A stretch of 64,000 nucleotides of DNA from Eledone cirrhosa (lineage: Eukaryota), in contig OZ024743.1 of the NCBI GenBank assembly GCA_964016885.1, forward strand, positions 146,816,001 through 146,880,000, given 5' to 3'. A program made the translations under genes and the position numbers. The notes under the pieces were generated by a model. It did no database searches and had not been told where the DNA came from. It saw only the letters and a list, made by a program, of their open reading frames with translations. This document shows, one piece after another, positions 40,554 to 53,493 of the stretch. The stretch's first letter is position 1, and each line of letters begins with the position of its first letter.

Positions 40554-41273
40554 AAGAATGAGAAATAAGATAGATTGAGGGGACGGGCGGGTTGGAATTG
40601 GGAAAAATGTCTTTAGATAAAAATAACATCTCTTGCAAAACTGTTGGTGCTGGCGCTTTGTGTATAATTTGTTTTTTAGAAATGTGGATGATGGTGCGCG
40701 TCTACCTGAAATGGGAAAAAAACCGTTTTGTAAAAAGAGTTATACTTGTGCACGTGCGTAAGCATGTGTGTGTGTGTGTGTGTGTGTTATTATACGTCCG
40801 TACGAAGCTAAGAAGAAATGTGTGTGTATATGTGAGTAAAAGAGTGTGTGTGCATGTAAGTACGAAGCTATGTGCAAAAGTATGTTAATATAAGGGTGTG
40901 TATGTGTGTATACAGAGCAGTGAAGGGAAAAGTGGAGTGACCATATATAGTCAGCCTGTATTAGTTGTAAGAGAAGATGTTAATGATCAAGAGAAAGCGA
41001 AAGGAATCTAGCTGTGTGATAATGGATGGGGTATTAGAGAAAATGAGTTTTTTTTAAATAAAAAAAGACAAAAGAAAAAGAAAAAAACGAGATGTCCTCC
41101 ATCTCAATTTTACTTTTTACAATCATAAGAACTGTGAAACCGGTAAAGAAGATAAATAAATATTCTTAAAAAGACTCCAATTACATTTTCGATTTCTTCT
41201 CCTTATACATACAGAAGATCCTGTTAAGGGTGAAAGCAGCGATTCTTTGCTTAAACTTTAATCTATTATTTTA

Positions 41274-41320
<47 letters not shown>

Positions 41321-41776
41321 CATGCACATACACACACATGCAAAAAATGAGAAGAAATCAGCTTTAGTCTTAATATTTTTACTACTTCTAAATATTAAAA
41401 GGTAAGCAACATTTTGGTTTAATTTTATTGATTATAATACGTGAAGAAAATAGGTAATTGCTAATGATAAGGAATCTAACTTAATTCGAATTATCTTGCA
41501 ATACTATACATAACCCTTCTATTTTGATAATTATTAAGGGCCTTTCTAAAATTATATGGGACATGCAGTGAAAAAATGTAAAAGGATAAAAAAAAAATGT
41601 TTTCATTTTCACCAGTTAAAAAATAAAATGTTGATATTTATTCGTTCCTATAATCAGATTTAAGATATGTAAAATCAAACATCCTGGAAAGAATGAGGTT
41701 TTAATTTCAATAAAATTCAAATGATATACATTATTTCGTTTCCTTGGATTCTATTTTAATGCAAAGTTATTACTTG

Positions 41777-41863
<87 letters not shown>

Positions 41864-41877
41864 TTATATATATATAA

Positions 41878-41959
<82 letters not shown>

Positions 41960-43335
41960 CATTGTAATATACATAGATAAATACATATGCATACACACAT
42001 ATACAAACACATAGGTATGTAAAGTAAATACTTCTATATATGTATATATTTAAAAAAGATGGTCTGACATTTTTTACTCTTTAAGAATACTTAAGCAAAG
42101 CTATGGAGATGAAATTCTGTATAAATATCTAATTTGTTCAATTAACCATACACAGATGGCTGTCATTAAAACTGAAACTTATTAGAGGTTATTATCATAT
42201 AACATAAAAAGAAAAAAATAGGAGAGGGAGAGTGGGAGTGAGCACCATAAAATATAAACATAATAATTTAAAATAATTTATATGAACAAGTTCATATGTA
42301 CATTGATATATAATACATAATAGATATATACAGAGAAAGAGAGAAAGAGAGGGAGTGAGATATATATATATAATGCATGATATTAATGCAGATATTAATA
42401 CACAAGAATACATACACAAGATATATAATAAGAATACATAAGAAAGGTATATAATGGGTTAATTTTATAGAAATGAAAAAAAAAATATTCAATTCTCAAT
42501 TTTAATGTTAACTTTTCTCGAAACTCGGATAATCTCCTCCTTCTTTATCCTTTTTTATGGTAGGTATAAAAAAAGAAAGCAGCATTTTTATTCCCCATAA
42601 ATTTAGAATTAGACAGTAGTTAAAAGTAGAAAATATGAGTTCAATGTGTATAGTATGTGGGCAGAGGTGTTGTCATATAGTATTTAATAAATATAAATAT
42701 ATAACATTATCTTGTCTTTCCTTGAATTATGTTCCTTTTCCTTTCTCTGTAACATCTTGCATTTTAGTGTATTTATTGCACCTTGCTTGAAATGAATAAA
42801 AACAATATATATATTTATATATATTTTATACAACTCTGTCTTTTGTCTTTGTTCTTTAGCCTGTTTGAGAGGTTTGGCTTCTATTCTGTTTTTGAATTTC
42901 ATACCATGTTCCCTAACAATGGTCAGTATTCGAACAGCCTCCTCTTTAGGAGCAGTCATGTATCACTACAAGTGTGAAACTGCGACAGGATTTGTATGTG
43001 TTTTGTAAACAAGCATTTTCATTCATGTAAGGCGATCACCAAGTGAAGACGTACATCCAGTGTCAAGTTACATAATGTCTGCAGATATAAACTAACTACT
43101 GTGAATAATGATTGCAATTGGAACTATTGTTGACAGACTGGAGCAGAGAAATTGCTTACCAGTCTGGGTTTATATGATATAAAAATATCATTATTCACAT
43201 GTAGTTGTCCTCTGAGTAATGGATTTTTATTTCAAATGTACTTATTATATAATTGAGTGAGTAAGAAATAGCAGGAACTGTATCAATTTACTTCAACTAG
43301 CTTTATAAACTAATATATACAAAAACAAAGTACAT

Positions 43336-46072
43336 ACAGAAATAAGACCGAAAAGGAACTGGTAGATAAAGTAGAAGAGGTACTTAGGAGTGGCAACATA
43401 GCCAGCGTGCTAGCGACGAGAACGGCCTTGGACCAGTTCTTCGACGCAAAGCACGAAGGCTGCGTGGTCAGGAGCAAAATAAGTGTTCTGGGAAACGAGG
43501 GAGCCAAAGCTGTTAGCTGGGCCCGAGTGACGGAGGCGAAAAGTGGCAACAAGTCCACGATTCGGTCTTTGAAGGACCAAGACGGACGCGTGATACGTGA
43601 GCCGAAGCAGATGTGCGCGGCCTTTCAGCGGCACTTTGCTCAACTGTTCGAGTAGGGCGGCGCTCCGGGAGGGGCTATGGATTTCAGTCCATACCTCGAC
43701 GGCCTGCCGCGACTCTCGGACGGCGAGGCGAAGTTCTGCGAAAGGCCGATTTCGGCCGCTGAGGTAGGGGACGCGCTGAGCCAATGCAGCAAACGCAAAT
43801 CTCCAGGTCTCGCCTACGAAATTTACGTAGCAATGCCGGACTTGTTCTCCGGTCTCCTGGAAGCGATCTACTGCAACTGGCAGCAGAACGGGAGAATTCC
43901 CAGTTCTGTGACCAAAGGCGTAGTCACGTTAGTCAGGAAGGACGAGAATAAGCGGGATGACATAGGCAACTTCCGGCCCATAACCCTGCTAAACACAGAG
44001 ATACAGATTTTGGCCAAGTTGTTGGCAAAGAGGCTGGCGCTTGTCGCCGAAAACCTGGTGGGAGAAGCGCAGACATGTGCAATCCCGACCAGGTCCATAC
44101 ACGACAACCTCCACCTCATGCGATACATCATAGAGAGGGTAGGGTGTAAACCCGGCTTCGGTGGGGCCCTGATCAACTTGGATCAGTCTAAGGCTTTCGA
44201 TAGGGTTGACCATCGTTACCTGGATGCGGTGCTCGAGGCGGCAGGCTTCGGACCCGTGTTCAGGGGCTGGATTGCTGCAATGTACAGCAGCAACATCTGC
44301 TCAAGGGTCAAGGTGAACGGCTACCTCTCGGAGCCGTTCCATATCACGCGATGCATCCGACAGGGATGCCCTCTTTCTTCCCTTCTGTACGTACTGACTC
44401 TCGAGCCACTACTGCGGAGGTTGGAGCTATTGCAGGGCATCTTTTTGGAACTGGGACTGCGAAAAGCGGCGTCGGCCGACGCCGACGACGTGATAGTAAT
44501 GGTGTCGAGCACCTCGCAAATCGAGGAGGTCGGCACCTTACTGGAGGAATACGAAAGTTTCACAGGAGCGAATCTGAACCGGGACAAATCCGTCGGTTTG
44601 CAACTCGGAACGTGGAGAGGCAAACCGATGCCTTCCAATAGCGTCGTCGGACGCTGGACGGAAGGACCGGTAAAACTGCTCGGGGTTTGGTTTGGGCCGG
44701 ACCTCCAGGTGGAGAAGAACTGGAATGAGGTGACGGCCAAGGTGTTTGCGCTCACCCAGAAGTGGGCTGAGTACAAACTATCCTTGAAAGGTCGAGCGGT
44801 GGTGGCGAACACTTTTATAGCGTCCGTCATCTACTACCGCTTGACCGTCGTGCCTTGTCCAGCCAAAACGCTCACCAATATGGAGCGCGCGCTCTTCCAA
44901 TTCCTTTGGAAGAAATAGGCTTCTTTGGTGAAAAGATCCATCTTCTGCCAAAACCCTTCAAATGGAGGGCTGTGGATGCCGTGGCTGACGATGCGCAAAC
45001 ACGCGCTCAGGCTGCGGCACCTCCACCTATTCCTCACCGAACAACCGGTGTGGGCCCCGTTTGTGAGGCGAGCCTTCTCACGACTCGTCTCGCTGACCGA
45101 GCTGTAGTCCTGGCTCAAGCAAAGACCGAGGAAAATGGGCGACTGGCACATCGAATGTGCTCAGGCGCTCACAGTCCTCTGGCAAACGGACCCGGCGATC
45201 AGTGGAGACTCCACTTCGACATTCTATAGAGGGTTGGTCCGCAGCAAGTGCGACGACGCGCTCGGAGAAACTCTAGGCGTAGAGGAGGACGAACTGGCCA
45301 GTCTGTTCGGTAGGACCATCCGCCCGGGACCAATGGACAACTTCCAAAAGTCCCTGGCCTGGCAGTGCTACCGAGGAGCTCTACCAGTTCGAGACAAACT
45401 CTACAGACACGGGAGTCTGGGCAGGGACCCTTCGAAAAAGATCTGTCCGAGATGCGTGCGCGACGAGGAAACCGTCGCGCACGCATTTGTACACTGCCCG
45501 GGCGTTACCGACTTGTGGGTTATGTAGAACGACTATTGTCGTGGGTTGGACCAATCCAGTTGACCACCGAGGCCATTGTCATGATCAAACCGCCACCCTC
45601 CTTCAAAAACGAGGGAGAGGCGGTTTTCCTATGTGTTATGGCTATGGTGAAAGAAGTTATATGGTGGACGAGGTTAAAAGGGCTGAGGTCAGACACCTTT
45701 CTCTCCGGCGAACAACTGATTCGTTTTTTTCAAATATCATTTTGGAAGAAGAATCAGGATGGAGAGAGAGGTGCTGTACCCCAGCAAATTTAATAAAAGG
45801 TGGGTGAATGTGGCAAAGATGGCCTGAGTGGTTGGACCTTCTCTCTCTATAAGCCTGTAGGTTGAGGAAAAAGAAGAAGAGAGTACTCACTCTTGATGCT
45901 CCTGGAGATGAGGGTTGTACATTTTTTCGGGGTGTGTACAACCCCTGTGTAACGCCTCCCCCCTATTGGGGATTTCAATTGTTATTTGTTATTTTATTAA
46001 TAGTTTTATTTTCATATGTAAACCCCATTTGTATTTGTCCCCTTCTTTTGTTCCCTTGTGGCTAATAAAGAA
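43336..46072 (+). mobile_element. L1/Tx1-type LINE, 5'-truncated
   Basis: 413-aa RT ORF at 43677-44918, C-terminal CPRCVRDEETVAHAFVHC zinc knuckle, and 3' UTR ending GCTAATAAAG. A few stops and frameshifts. Confidence 0.92.
43677..44918 (+). pseudogene. L1/Tx1 ORF2 reverse transcriptase domain
   Basis: FRPITLLN, LDQSKAFDRVDH, RQGCPLS; DADD in place of YADD. Bounded by premature stops. Confidence 0.85.
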
Positions 46073-46105
<33 letters not shown>

Positions 46106-46161
46106 TTTGTTTTTGTATTTCTTTTGCAAGTTTTCTTATCTGAAAACGTGTGTTGACACAG

Positions 46162-46525
46162 ATATTGTTATAGTTTGGGAGGGTCAAACACACAATTATT
46201 GGTTTTCACTTCAATTTATTACAAATTTCTAGTTTGTTGGTTTAGTAACCAGATGGTTGTTAATTTGTTGTCAAAGTTCTTTCATCACACATTCTGTGAC
46301 CTCAGTGACTAATTTGATAAAAGAAGATGGAGTAGAACAGAACAAAGGAGAGACTCAAAATAACAAATTAGTCTCTGAGGGGGTCACAGAATATGTGACA
46401 AAAGTACTTGGACAAAAATCAAACAACCATCTGGTTATTAAACCAACCAACTGGAAATTTGTAATAAATTGAAGTGAAAACCAAGTGCATGTGTTTTTAT
46501 TGGCAGCTTGGCCCTTCCAAAGTAT

Positions 46526-46533
<8 letters not shown>
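46162..46533. mobile_element. ~370-bp inverted-repeat element with two head-to-head decayed HHRs
   Basis: Arms 46162-46316 and 46365-46533 are reverse-complementary. The right arm reads GTCT-CTGAGGG-G-GTCACA GAATA TGTGAC-AAAA GTAC TT-GGAC. The left arm (minus) reads GTCA-CTGA..GGTCACAGAATGTGTGAT-GAAA GAAC TT-TGAC. Confidence 0.75.
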
Positions 46534-46581
<48 letters not shown>

Positions 46582-46798
46582 TAGTGCAGAGTAAGCATAT
46601 GCCTTTTAGACTTGTGATTGAGGGGTCATTAGAATACGAGTGAAGCTCATGAAATGCCAGCAGAGATAAACAATTATATCTTGTCCATTTAGACATGTCC
46701 AAGTAATAATTTGATCATTTGAAGTTGTCAGTTTGTTTTAACGTAATGGTTATTGCAGTATTCCAATATGCAGCAGATATGTGGTTTGATTCCTTTAA

Positions 46799-47015
46799 CC
46801 CTTTAGCATTTACATTACTCTATATATACTATTATATTTTTGTGGCAAAGGCTTTATCTCACATAATTACAATAATATCGAATCTACGAGATTTTTATGC
46901 TATTTATTTTGAGAACAATACCTTAACATCAGTATGAGTGGCCAGTTACGGCCAGTTTGAACAGAAAGAGGTGAGAGAATTCTGCCTGGATACGGCTGGT
47001 TTAATTGCTAAAGTG
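46799..47015. mobile_element. piggyBac-type MITE
   Basis: TTAA|CCCTTTAGCATTTA ... TAATTGCTAAAGTG|TTAA: imperfect TIRs with a TTAA duplication. Confidence 0.72.
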
Positions 47016-47627
47016 TTAAGCAAAAATTTTGTTCACTTTTTCCACCTAACATCTTAACATATATATACATATGTGTGTGTGTGTGTGTGTGTGTATACAA
47101 AAAGCAAACAGAGATAAACAACATAGGAACAAAATAAAGTACAATGGAGATATATAGTTTAATACTTGATAGAGTAGGAAAAGAGAGTTAAAGTTTTGGA
47201 TTAATCCTTCATCAAAAGATAGAAGATAGAATGAGAAATAAAAGAAGAAACAGAACATTAGATGAGAGTGAGAACAGAAAGAAAGAGATACAAATATTTT
47301 GGAAGGAAGCACACCTGTGTTTAGTTAGCCATTTTTGAGGAATGGTGTTTAGTTAGGCCATATATATATATGCACACACACACATGAATATATATATATA
47401 TACGTGGGAAACATGTTTTAACGGTCTATTCTCCGATTTTTTACTTTCCCACGTGCTGACGCTCTGCTAACTCTCTAGCCCACTAAATATTAACACTTCG
47501 AATATTTAATACTGCCGGCACTAGTATCGAGCACCTTTGGCATACGCTACTTGGCAAATAACTATATGTATCACCTATCCCCCCTTTTTTTCTCTTTCTC
47601 GATACGTAAATACTATATATATATATA

Positions 47628-48534
47628 TCATCATCATCATCATCATCATCAACGTTTAACGTCCGTGTTCCACGCTTGCATGGGTTTGGACGGGGGTAGT
47701 ACCACTTGAGGCAAGAGTGATTGTCTTGTTCGCATAGGACTGTCTGGCAGGTTTTCTACAGTTGGATGCCCTTCCTAACACCAACCACATTTACAGTGTG
47801 GGTCTGGGAGGTTTTTACCGTGTTGCCTACACGGCCACATTACAGCGTGGACTGTGTGTTTTTTTGTCGTGACACCTACACGATCTCATTTGTTTCGGCC
47901 TCGATGGCGCGGCACCAACATAACTTTACATAGAACGGAGTGGTGTGGATGGGGTGGGGGTGGGGGTGGTGGGACGGGGTGTATTTTGTTAGAGATGCCT
48001 ACTGGCTGGAGTAGGTTTTACTATATATTTAGGTAAGGCGGGTCTTCTCTGTTACTGAGTACCGCCAAAGGTCTCGGTCCAGTGACATTGTCTTGGAGAG
48101 GTGTAAGTGTGTGATGTCGGAGTTTATCAGCTCGTCCCAGGTTTTTCTAGGTCTGCCTATTCCGTGACTACCGTCTATCTTTATTGCCCTGCACTTTGTT
48201 ATACAGCTATCGACTTTCATGCGCATCACGTGTCCATACCAACGTAGCCTTCTCTCGAGTAAACAACATCTGATCCCTCTTATCTCTAATTTTTTCCTTA
48301 GTTCGTTTATGCTTTGCCGTTCACGTATATTACTGTTACACATCCAGCGGAGCATGCAAGCTTCGTTCCTCTCTAGTCTGCGTATATCCTCTGCACACAA
48401 TGCCCAGGTCTCACTGCCATGCAGCATTGCTGTTCGTATGCAGGCATCGTACAACCTGCCTTTCATTTTTAGTGAGAACCCTTTAGCAGCTAATAGTGGT
48501 ATAAGCTCTCTGAAGCTTATACCACTATTAGCTG
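47628..48534 (-). mobile_element. Young RTE LINE, 5'-truncated, with a fold-back at the 5' end
   Basis: Near-identical to 50248-51133. Ends in a 21-bp inverted repeat. Confidence 0.93.
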
Positions 48535-48714
48535 TATATATATATACATGCACACACACATGTATATATATAGGGTGTCCCCCCAAAATATATACACACT
48601 TTGATTACCTGTACAGGCAATATTTATTAGAATGCACAACCTTTCCCCAAAATAAAATGATCTACAGACATAATTCAATTGTATGTAAACATCCAAAAAT
48701 GTTTACATAATTTA

Positions 48715-48848
48715 AATAATTGTTTCTACTTTAGGCACAAGGCCAGCAATTACCCAGTGCATTACTGGTACTTTATTTTATCGACCCCGTAAGGATGAAA
48801 GGCAAAGTCAACCTCGGCGGGATTTGAACTCAGATCATAAAGGGACAA
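48715..48848 (-). mobile_element. SINE family A, 5'-truncated
   Basis: Same 3' sequence as the other copies. Confidence 0.85.
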
Positions 48849-50247
48849 ATAATACATATAAAACAGAATGTATTTTAATGCATTACACACACACACACAT
48901 AGATGTGTGTCTGATGTGTGTCTGTGTGTGTGTGCATATCTATCTATCTCTTTATATATATAGTATATTCAATCTTTTTAAAGAATGAATTCAAGCATTT
49001 CTTTATTCTCTCTGAAAAACCTAAATAAATTTGTATGTGTTATATCTTAGTGTTATATAGACAATACTACATCTAGTGATTTTTTGGAATATAACTGTAA
49101 TAGAAATTTTAAGAGAGATGGGAAGGGGAAAAGAGAATGTTACAATCACTGTTCATTCTGTCACAGAATGAGAAATTATTGTGCTCTGGTATGTTCAGTG
49201 AAGCTTATTGAATGGCGTTACAGAGATATGTTGTGTGACATGACAATATTTGTTGTTATGTTATTTTCATAGTATTATGCTTTCTTTATTAAAAAAATTA
49301 ATATGTATATAACCGTTGGTTGTTGAGATATCTCTCAAATAAAAACAAAAATTGTTTTGTTTTTCTAGGTTGGACAACAATAAAATACAATATCAAACAT
49401 TTTTTAAATGTATTCAATTACTTTCTTTTCAAAGAGGCAAAAACAAAAAAAAATCTCACATTAGTTGTTGTTTAAACCAATGTAATCCCTAATCAAGACG
49501 TTTAACATATGACAATCCTGTATATTTTCTATTTGCAGAGAGCCCAGGATCATATCATCTAATGTGTCCTTTTTTAAGATGATCAAATATGATTTCATGG
49601 GAGATTTGGGTATTATTTTTAACAGTCTAAGTGACCACCTATATGTTCACTCATTAGGTTTAGACATAAGTTAGCCCTGATCAATCAAATCTATGAAGAT
49701 CATCTTATTCCTTTTTCAGGCTATCTAGGATTACATTATCCAATGTGTCTTTCTTTTGAGGATTTCAAAGATGTTTGACTGTTAATTCTAGCATACAAAT
49801 TGACCATGTAGTAGTACCTTTCATTGGCTCAATTAGCAACGAATTTAAGTCTTAACTTCCTGTAATGATCTAGCAGAAATTTTTTAAATGGACTTATTAA
49901 TCCAAATGTTTATAGAACCTTTACTAATTGACAGACCATTCTGAAAATTTGTAATATTTAAGCAAAGACTAAAATTTTGAATGTGATTTCAAACTTTTTA
50001 AAATATTGTCTTAGCTAATGCAGTTCCATGCAGTATAGCAGTGGTCTCCATCCTTTTTTATACCATAGACCGGTTTCATGCTGAACAATCTTTCCCCAGA
50101 CTGGTAGTTGCACATATGTGCTATCTAAGTGTATTTTGAGAAAGAGAGCAATTTATTAAAAGAAAGTAAAAGTGTACTGAATATATGAATATTGAATATT
50201 GAATATTTAAACAAATCTTAAATTAAATTAAAGTCCAATATTCAATC

Positions 50248-52202
50248 TATCATCATCATCATCATCATCAACGTTTAACGTCCGTGTTCCACGCTTGCAT
50301 GGGTTTGGACGGGGGTAGTACCACTTGAGGCAAGAGTGATTGTCTTGCTCGCATAGGACTGTCTGGCAGGTTTTCTACAGTTGGATGCCCTTCCTAACAC
50401 CAACCACATTTACAGTGTGGGTCTGGGAGGTTTTTACCGTGTTGCCTACACGGCCACATTACAGCGTGGACTGTGTGTTTTTTTTGTCGTGACACCTACA
50501 CGATCTCATTTGTTTCGGCCTGGATGGCGCGGCACCAACATAACTTTACATAGAACGGGGTGGTGTGGATGGGGTGGGGGTGGTGGTGGTGGGACGGGGT
50601 GTATTTTGTTAGAGATGCCTACTGGCTGGAGTAGGTTTTACTATATATTTAGGTAAGGCGGGTCTTCTCTGTTACTGAGTACCGCCAAAGGTCTCGGTCC
50701 AGTGACATTGTCTTGGAGAGGTGTAAGTGTGTGAGGTCGGAGTTTATCAGCTCGTCCCAGGTTTTTCTAGGTCTGCCTATTCCGTGACTACCGTCTATCT
50801 TTATTGCCCTGCACTTTGTTATACAGCTATCGACTTTCATGCACATCACGTGTCCATACCAACGTAGCCTTCTCTCGAGTAAACAACATCTGATCCCTCT
50901 TATCTCTAATTTTTTCCTTAGTTCGTTTATGCTTTGCCGTTCACGTATATTACTGTTACACATCCAGCGGAGCATGCAAGCTTCATTCCTCTCTAGTCTG
51001 CGTATATCCTCTGCACACAATGCCCAGGTCTCACTGCCATGCAGCATTGCTGTTCGTATGCAGGCATCGTACAACCTGCCTTTCATTTTTAGGGAGAACC
51101 CTTTAGCAGCTAATAGTGGTATAAGCTCTCTGAACTTTTTCCAACCAGTTCTGACTCTAGCTACAGTACTTTCAGAGCACCCTCCCCCACTGCTGATTTT
51201 ATCGCCCAGGTAACGGAAGCTGTCCACTATTTCTATAGAACCCTCTGCGCAATTGAAAGAGCTAGTATTTTGTGGGCACTTGCTGCTACTTATTGCACCA
51301 GAACACCGGCCACATGTAAAATCTATGTTCTTAGTTAGCTTACCTGTGATCCCACTACATCTTTTATGCACCCATACTTTGCATTTAGGACATAAAATGG
51401 AGTTTCTACCTACGCCTTTCCTACTCACCGAGCACGACCATTTCCCAGAAGGGACCGCCGCCTTGTTTTCTTTCCTACAAGCTAGAACTTTGGTCTTAGC
51501 CAGGTTAATTTTAAGTCCTTTTGACTCTAGGCCGTGCTTCCATGTTTGGAATTTCTTCTCTAGCTCGGCCATTGATTCCGCTATGAGTGTCAGGTCGTCT
51601 GCGTATAGGAGTTCCCATGGGCAGCCTGTCTTGAACTCCTCTGTTATAGCCTGAAGGGCAATAATAAATAGTAGGGGGCTGAGAACAGAGCCCTGATGGA
51701 CGCCAACTTTTACGCTAAACTCTTCACAATATTCGTTGTTAATTCTAACCTTGCTGACTGTTTCTTTATACATGGCTTGTATAGCCCTCACAAGCCATTC
51801 GTCAACGCCTAGTTTTCTAAGAGCCCACCAGATAATGGAGCGGGGGACTCTGTCGAAGGCTTTCTCCAAGTCGACAAAAGCTAAGTAGAGGGGTTTACCT
51901 TTAGCTAGGTACTTCTCCTGTAGTTGTCGTACAATGAAAAGAGCGTCTGTGGTACTTTTGCCTGACACAAACCCGAACTGCATTTCATCTAGGTCAATTC
52001 TCTCTCTGATTAGTTGCGCTATTACTTTTTCCGTGACCTTCATGACCTGGTCGATTAATTTAATGCCTCTATAGTTACTCCTATCTAGGGCGTCTCCTTT
52101 ACCCTTGTAACAGTTAACGATGATGCTGCTATGCCAGTCCTTCGGAACAACCCCATTCTGTACGACTTGGTTAACTATGCGGGTGACCATGGTGTGTCCC
52201 AT
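50248..52202 (-). mobile_element. Young RTE LINE, 5'-truncated
   Basis: Open RT ORF, 3' UTR and (ATG)n tail. Candidate TSD ATCTAT at 50245-50250 and 52201-52206. Confidence 0.95.
50649..52202 (-). CDS. RTE reverse transcriptase (N-terminally truncated, 517 aa open)
   Basis: NYRGIKL, FVDLEKAFDRVPR, HQGSVLSPLLF and LYADDL, plus a Cys-rich insert (C..CKVWVHKRC...CGRC) after the RT core. Confidence 0.88.
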   Translation of the reverse strand: MGHTMVTRIVNQVVQNGVVPKDWHSSIIVNCYKGKGDALDRSNYRGIKLIDQVMKVTEKVIAQLIRERIDLDEMQFGFVSGKSTTDALFIVRQLQEKYLAKGKPLYLAFVDLEKAFDRVPRSIIWWALRKLGVDEWLVRAIQAMYKETVSKVRINNEYCEEFSVKVGVHQGSVLSPLLFIIALQAITEEFKTGCPWELLYADDLTLIAESMAELEKKFQTWKHGLESKGLKINLAKTKVLACRKENKAAVPSGKWSCSVSRKGVGRNSILCPKCKVWVHKRCSGITGKLTKNIDFTCGRCSGAISSSKCPQNTSSFNCAEGSIEIVDSFRYLGDKISSGGGCSESTVARVRTGWKKFRELIPLLAAKGFSLKMKGRLYDACIRTAMLHGSETWALCAEDIRRLERNEACMLRWMCNSNIRERQSINELRKKLEIRGIRCCLLERRLRWYGHVMCMKVDSCITKCRAIKIDGSHGIGRPRKTWDELINSDLTHLHLSKTMSLDRDLWRYSVTEKTRLT

Positions 52203-52790
52203 CTATTATATAATTTGAAACAAGTTAATTATTTCTTTGCATTCCGGTAGCAAGTAATGATCCAAAGAGCAGTACCAGTCCACGACCTGGTGGTTGAGGA
52301 CTCTAAGAATTAAAGTAATGGACTGTTGACCATCATTTTATGGTATCATAATCATGATGAGCTTCATAGTAAGTTTCTCCAATTTTATCACGTCAGTATG
52401 AAGTAATCAGAATGAAAGAACATACTTAGTAAGTCAGTTACAGTTCCAGTTCAAAAAATATCAATTAGTAGTATGGAAAATATGCAGTTATAGAAAAGCA
52501 GCAAAACATCTCAGATTATTTTCATATTCTTCAGCTAGGTGCAAAGTAACTCTTTGTTGAGAATGTGAGGTAGCCTCTGCATATTCTGGTCATATAACCT
52601 GCTAGATATAGCAACAAATCTCTCCCAAATATGGGTTACCTTGAGCGAATCCTCTGACAGGTTGATACACAATAAATATTTGTTATATGTAAACAAAACT
52701 CCCTCTTATTTTTCTATTATATATATATATATTGAATACCTTTTTTAAAATTATATATCTATATCTATGTATGTATATATATATAAATAT

Positions 52791-52838
<48 letters not shown>

Positions 52839-53061
52839 GGGTGTGTATGATTGTGTATAGAAGATTATATTAATAAAAGGAATTCCAACTTTGTCTGATT
52901 TACTTGTTTTATTTACAATGCTTTAAAATGATAATGATATTATAATGAAATAGTATGGTAGAATATTAAATATTAAGTGTTAATTGAACAAATACTTTCA
53001 TGCTTTCGCAATCTTCAGGTTCATATTCTGTGGTGACAGTCAAGTTTGCAATTTTCAACTG

Positions 53062-53170
<109 letters not shown>

Positions 53171-53260
53171 TATATATATATAATTATAGGTAGATTTCCG
53201 ACGGGGATCAGGAGATGCTCACATTAAAAAAAGGTACACAATATGTTGGTGGGGTATAGG

Positions 53261-53372
53261 GCTTTTACAGGAGTAGAACTGTTTCATTTGTATGAAATCA
53301 TAAGGTATATCCTGAGGATTTCATATGAATGAACCAGTTCTAGTCCTGCAGAAGTCATTTCTATATAAAATT
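53261..53372. repeat. Short inverted repeat of HHR-like termini (same family as 24181-24305)
   Basis: CAGGAGTAGAACTGTTTCATTTGTATGAAATC / GATTTCATATGAATGAACCAGTTCTAGTCCTG. CTGAGGA at 53312. Shares TCTAGTCCTG.AGAAG.CATTTCTATATAAAATT with 24271-24304. Confidence 0.6.
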
Positions 53373-53402
53373 AAGATATATGTGTATATATATATGAAGA
53401 TA

Positions 53403-53489
<87 letters not shown>

Positions 53490-53493
<4 letters not shown>

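Larger units (their letters stand above)
50039..52303. mobile_element. Decayed hAT-type MITE interrupted by the RTE insertion
   Basis: Left end CAGTGGTCTCCATCCTTTTTT and right end GGTGGTTGAGGACTCT resemble Charlie TIRs. Both are imperfect. Confidence 0.45.

Noticed and set aside
47402-47454. ACGTGGGAAA...TTTCCCACGT inverted repeat
   Set aside because: Only 10 bp, with no ribozyme core, TSD or second copy.
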